DNA of 52,233 bases, counting the filler, from Diploschistes diacapsis (lineage: Eukaryota), in the NCBI GenBank assembly GCA_023645945.1. It is 3 parts of 3 records of this genome, joined end to end, with 100 filler letters (N's around TTAATTAATTAA, not from the genome) between each part and the next. Parts side by side here need not be neighbours in the genome. Positions count along the whole stretch, not along the records: positions 34,929 to 52,233 come from JALAIB010000460.1; 2 more parts are not named here. One strand, 5' to 3'. The position numbers and the translations under genes are program-made. Below, one piece after another: positions 47,488-52,233 of the stretch; the stretch's first letter is position 1; every line of letters begins with the position of its first letter. Below the pieces are notes generated by a model. That model did no database searches. It worked only from the letters and a program-made list of their open reading frames with translations, and was not told the DNA's origin.

Positions 47488-47693
47488 CCGAATATTCTTG
47501 ACCCCAGGCTTGGCAACCTTGGCCTAATCCTAACGCGGCTAGTTACTTTCCACGCAGCGGTCTTCACTACTCATGGACAGTCTTTTCAACTTAGGTTAGC
47601 AGGTTAAATAAAGTATGCATCAATACTTGTTGTTGTTGTTAGGCTCATCGGGACGGGGTAGCGTTCCTCCGAAGCCTGCGCTAGCTAAGCTAC

Positions 47694-47713
47694 CACGTGA
47701 TCACATCACGTGA
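47694..47713. promoter_or_regulatory. paired CACGTG E-boxes (bHLH sites, Cbf1/Pho4 type)
   Basis: CACGTGATCACATCACGTGA, about 400 bp upstream of the F-box-like gene and just downstream of the NLR stop. Confidence 0.35.
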
Positions 47714-47774
47714 AGATGCTTTAGCCTTCCACACTTAATCACGAATGATTACATTCAGCTTTGATCTTGTAGGA

Positions 47775-50700
47775 CTAAGTCTCTCTCAACAGCTCATCTC
47801 GCTTTTGGAATACTCGTAAGGCAAATGGGTGCCGCAGTCCCAGCCCTTCTCCTCCAATCGTCGTGAGCATTGCTTGCAGCTCATCACAGACCTCAAGAGC
47901 GGCATTAATCTTACCACTGGACTGCAGGCATTTCACTAAATACCATAGTGCAATGATCCGGTCCGGATGGTCACCTTCGTTTGATCTTGCCGATGATAGA
48001 TATTTTTGGCGCTCTGCCGCATCTCGCAAAGTCGACTCTGCCTCTTCATACTGCCCCTGCCGGGTCAATATCTGACCAAAATATACTTTGCCTGAAAGTA
48101 GACCAAAATGGTTCTTCGCCATGTTACGCTCGGCCACAGGCATCCCTTGCCGCATTAACCTCTCGGCTTCGTCGTGATCACCCATTTCGCTCTTGACGCG
48201 GGCGAGGTTGCACATTGCGAGTAGTGTGTATGGATTTTCGTGCTTCAGTGTCAACTTCCGCTGCTCAAGTACCTCGATCATCATACTGTGGGCTTCCGTC
48301 AGGAGATCTCCTCCCATGTGCATATAGGCCATTGCGAGGTTTTCCTTTGCTTCGAGAGTCTTCACATCCGTATGCCCAAGTTTCTTCTGCAGTCCTCGGA
48401 AGGCAATACGATGTTGCTCAGCGGCTTCCTTGTGGCGAAGGTACTTCATCAGGATCCAGCCGAGATGATTTATAGCCACGAGTGTGTCCTCATGGTCGGG
48501 CTCTAGGGTCCTCTTCATGCCCTTGACTGCATCCTCATGTAACTGCAGTGACTCTTTAAGGCGGCCCTGAAAATTCCGGCTTGTGCCTAGGAGATCCATC
48601 GCTTTGAGTGTTGTTGGATGAGATGCACCCAGGTTCTCCATGCAAGCTGCCAGTATCTGGCTGCGCAGCTCGGCGCTCTCGTTCGCCCGAGACTGCTCAA
48701 AGAAAGTCTGTGATAGTAGAAGGGTAATACCCATCGCCGCAGGGTGATCCAGTGTAAGGTAACCGCAGACAAAATCTCTCACTCTTAATTGCAGTTTCTC
48801 TGCCTCATTCCACATTGCATGACGCAGGTGGACGAGACTGAATTTTGCATACTGCAAAGCTTTCTGGCGAGTCATTTGCGGCGTCGGTAGTAACCACGAT
48901 GTAAGTCGTGACTGCTGGCTTTCTTTGATCCTTGCATCGATTCCTTGCTGGCATGCAAGCAAGTGTGTCACATGAGAGAGAAGGCTTCTCTGGAAGTTCT
49001 CGTCTTCCGCGTCGGTGCCCAAAGGAGGCAGCAAGATAGCTTGTGTAACAGCCGTGGCGGCTGCCTGGCACCAGATTGCCTGCTGGCCCACACTTTGCCT
49101 CTCTCTGATCCAGGCATGGACTAAAGGGTGCATGGAATATGTGTCGAATTCAATGTTGTAGTCTATCAATGATCTCTGTGTCAGCTGTTTCAATGCTAGG
49201 CGAAGCCTGTCCTCGTCAAACAGACCAACGCGTAGAACTGCCGGAAGCACAGGCGGGCCTTGCACTTGAAACACAATGGCATGCAACGACGCCAAGCGCT
49301 CAAGTATGGCCGCTTTCCACGTCTTTCGTTTCGCGAATGCAGCTTGCTCCATTTTGACAGCTCTCTGGCGTGCTTCGTGTTCCTGTTCGCGAGATGGATT
49401 CGTCGCCGCTCTCTTTAGAAAATCGAAGTCAATGTTTCTGTAATGGAGGAAAGAGAACACCTGCAGCAACTCGATAGCGTCTCTTGTTTCTTCCAGGTTT
49501 GCAGCTTTCAATCCCTCATAGATCACTTCATATGAGGAAAAGACCATCATGTTGAGACCAGTATCGCTACGCTCCCCCGAGTCATTCCGGGAATGTCTTA
49601 TTTTCCGCCAGTTTCTGTGGTAGAAACTCAGATAGTTGGCCAACGAACAAAGACCGCCAACAATGGCCTGTCCGGCATGTATGAGTGCCAGCGGTAGATA
49701 TCCCAGGGCCTTCGTGATGTCTGTGGCGAACGAGATTGAGGAATTACTCCAAGGGCTTCGCTCGCCGGCCGTTCGTAAGAGTAGTTCATTGGCAGCATCA
49801 GTTTCGAGCTCAGCGAAATGATAGAATCGTGCACCAGCAGTGCCATAAACCTTTTTGGCAGGATCTCTTGTGGTGACCAGCACCACACCCCTCTCCCCTT
49901 CAGGAAAGTAGTCTTCGAGGGGGGTAAGCGGATCGTCCGCGTTGTCAATTAGTAACAGCCATGGCAGCATGAGGCTGGATAACCAATGTCTGGCGGCTCT
50001 CTCGTTAGGTTCTACTCCACCTATCTTTGCAATGCGAGCAAATGTGTTCTTGGCGCTCTCTCTGGAGCTTGCATCGACATAGAAGATGGCCCAGAAACTG
50101 TATCAAGTTAGTAAATCTTCGCTCGATTCAACCCGAGACGCTACCTTTTTCGATATTCTTGGGCAAACTTGCAGCAGAACTGTGTCTTACCCGAGCCTCC
50201 CAGACCATATATCACGAAGCGTCTCTGCATCTGTCTATCACGCAATGCTGTTGAATGTACATCAAGAGCCCGAGAGAGGTCGGACAGAAGCGACTCGCGA
50301 CCTATGAAGTTGCTGCTCACAGACTGAGGTATGATGAAGTGTTGATTCACCACTATTGCTGAAGCTACGTCTGCCGCGAGCGAGATGCACTTGTTGACCT
50401 ATTAACCGTTAACGGCCAGCATTAGAGTTCATCTTAGAACTTACGTCGCTATAGATGGGCGAGTTCGTAGTGCACTTCAGCGAAGACAGTTCTTTCACCC
50501 TAAAATTCAGATCGTACATATCTTCAGCGAGGTTCTGAAATCTTGCTTTGGATGTTGCGGAGGCCGTCTGGCTCATGGTGCTACTGGAGATCAGCCACAG
50601 GCATACTCAAAGCTCCGTCGACTTACATGGTGATAATGCTCAAGTTCAGTTGCAGAATATCCCGATACTGAAAAAGTCGGTGCCGTAGATCATTGAACTT

Positions 50701-51096
50701 AATTTCCTTGGACTCCATCCGTAGCGACTTCCGCAGTCCATCTAATTTTCCTGTCACCGATGGGCCGCGGTTTCCGATAACGCCTTCGATTAAAACTTTC
50801 AGCTGCTCAACCAGACTGCGACACTCTTCCAATGTGGTAGCGACATTTTGCCAGGACTTTTCTCGGCGCTCCGACCATATTGTTGATAACGGAACGTCAC
50901 TATCAACCCGAGCCACCCACGCATCTTCCACGGCCTTATTGGCCGACTCAAGAAGCTTGACCTCATACAAGAGGTCGCTTATATCCTTCTCAACGCCGAC
51001 AGCGGCAGCTTGCGCTTTTCTTAGGCCCTGTATGAGGCGGTAGCAAACATCCGCCAAGCCCGCGGTTCCAGCAATGATGGAGAATGGGTCTGCCAT
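47775..51096 (-). CDS. fungal NLR: HeLo-like N-terminal domain + NB-ARC + TPR (kinesin-light-chain-like) repeats, ~1061 aa
   Basis: N-terminus MADPFSIIAGTAGLADVCYRLI, FIGRE, Walker A GLGGSGKT, Walker B LLLIDNAD, LVTTR, GYLPLAL, SMHPLVH, and ~42-aa TPR units (LGASHPTTL, LEPDHEDTL, LGHTDVKTL). Introns 50584-50626, 50399-50444 and 50098-50144 give an intact 3186-nt ORF. Confidence 0.95.
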
Positions 51097-52020
51097 GCTG
51101 AAGTGTATTTGTTACCAGTGGTATGGTAGGGTTCGGAACCATAGCGGCTGGGTGGAGATATAAAGTCAGAAAAAGCTCAGTATTTGATCGACCAGGATGA
51201 CCTTAACTTACCGAGGTCAGAGACGCGAAGTGCGGAAAGGCTAAGAAACCTGGCCCATAGATCTTGATTCCCAAGTTACCACAGGTTTGCAAACAATGTT
51301 GAGAATAGAGGCAGAGAGCAGAGGTGAGGAAAAGACCCGTAGCAAAAGGGGTGAGGCCTGAGTGCACAGGTCGAAGGCGCAGCAAGAAGAGCACTTTGTC
51401 CACGAAGATTCGGCTCCGCATGCAAGAAGCATTTGGAAATCTTTGGATAGTAAAGCCTCCTAACTTTCGACAATGGTTGCGTGTTGTTCTCTCCCGCGCT
51501 GTGGAACTAGACGCAATAGCGCAGCGCCGATGGCAAGGCTAGGGACGGCCGGGGGAGACCAGGTTAATATGTTCAAACGAGACATGTTCTCAGTCTTTCC
51601 CAACCGATATAGGAGACGCTCTCAATTATTACATGCTCAAAATGTTCGTGTACGAGAATCTGTTGCGACCTCAGATCTTGGTGGTTGTCGTCCTTATTGG
51701 CGCTTACCGGCTTGTCTTATTCTGCCTACTGTAAAATTATGTAATATATTTGGTGGCGCCCTAGTGATGCATTCTACCTAATTAATGATACATTCTGCCT
51801 AGTTCGCTGTGGCTCTGCCAGGTACTTAAATCTCTATATAATTTGTATATAAATGCATGTCACTTACAGAAATACGCGGAACTACATAGAAGAAATCATG
51901 GCCATAGAGACTATATCGCAATAAAAAATAAATACTAAAGCATCAAAAAATGCTTAAAGTACTTTAAAAGCAGCTTAAAAGCGTGCTCTTAAACCTCTTA
52001 TAATCTCCTCCATGTCGTGC

Positions 52021-52120
52021 TCCTTTTCCGCCCATTATGTTCCCCTCCGCTCCTCCTCCGTCCATTATGTTCCCCTCCGCTTCTCCTCCGTTCATTATGT
52101 TCCCCTCCGCTTTTCCTCCA
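52021..52120. repeat. 30-bp minisatellite, ~3.3 copies
   Basis: Unit TYCTCCTCCGYYCATTATGTTCCCCTCCGC at 52021, 52051 and 52081, plus a partial copy. Confidence 0.93.
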
Positions 52121-52233
52121 TCTCCGCGTCCGGTCATAGTGGTAGATAGCCATAGAGCTCACCCGCAGCGCAGGGCCAAAGCGCGTCAAAATCCGCCACA
52201 GTCATCCGAAGGATGTCCGCGACGGCAAAGAGA

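Noticed and set aside
52021..52120. Regularly spaced repeats as a CRISPR-like array
   Set aside because: Eukaryotic context and contiguous units without unique spacers; a minisatellite
44400..52233. Starship-like cargo (NLR, secreted protein)
   Set aside because: No DUF3435 tyrosine-recombinase captain or element boundary is visible in the window; the patatin gene here is the housekeeping lipase type

Overview
Eukaryotic nuclear DNA from a filamentous ascomycete (Pezizomycotina-type short introns with GTRAGT donors, RCTRAC branch points and YAG acceptors). The window is three contigs joined by two artificial 100-nt linkers (44N-TTAATTAATTAA-44N). Contig 1 (1-17372) has a Myb/SANT-like coiled-coil gene, an 11-knuckle CCHC zinc-finger gene with 13 introns, and phospholipase D (Spo14/PLD1). 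Contig 2 (17473-34828) has a patatin-like lipase, two tandem three-finger C2H2 transcription factors, and long gene-poor DNA. Contig 3 (34929-52233) has Prp24, an alpha/beta hydrolase and an STL1-like sugar porter. These are followed by an accessory-looking block: a secreted, very basic protein with bZIP-basic-like repeats, a decaying F-box-like gene, a tRNA-like 3' half and an intact HeLo-like/NB-ARC/TPR NLR. The most notable observations are introns that appear to need non-canonical ends (GG-AG, GT-TG, a GAG acceptor), a 7-nt terminal exon completing PLD, the candidate secreted DNA-binding effector, an old dispersed repeat shared by two contigs, and recurring C-rich to G-rich skew flips. All gene models were spliced by eye and no database search was run.
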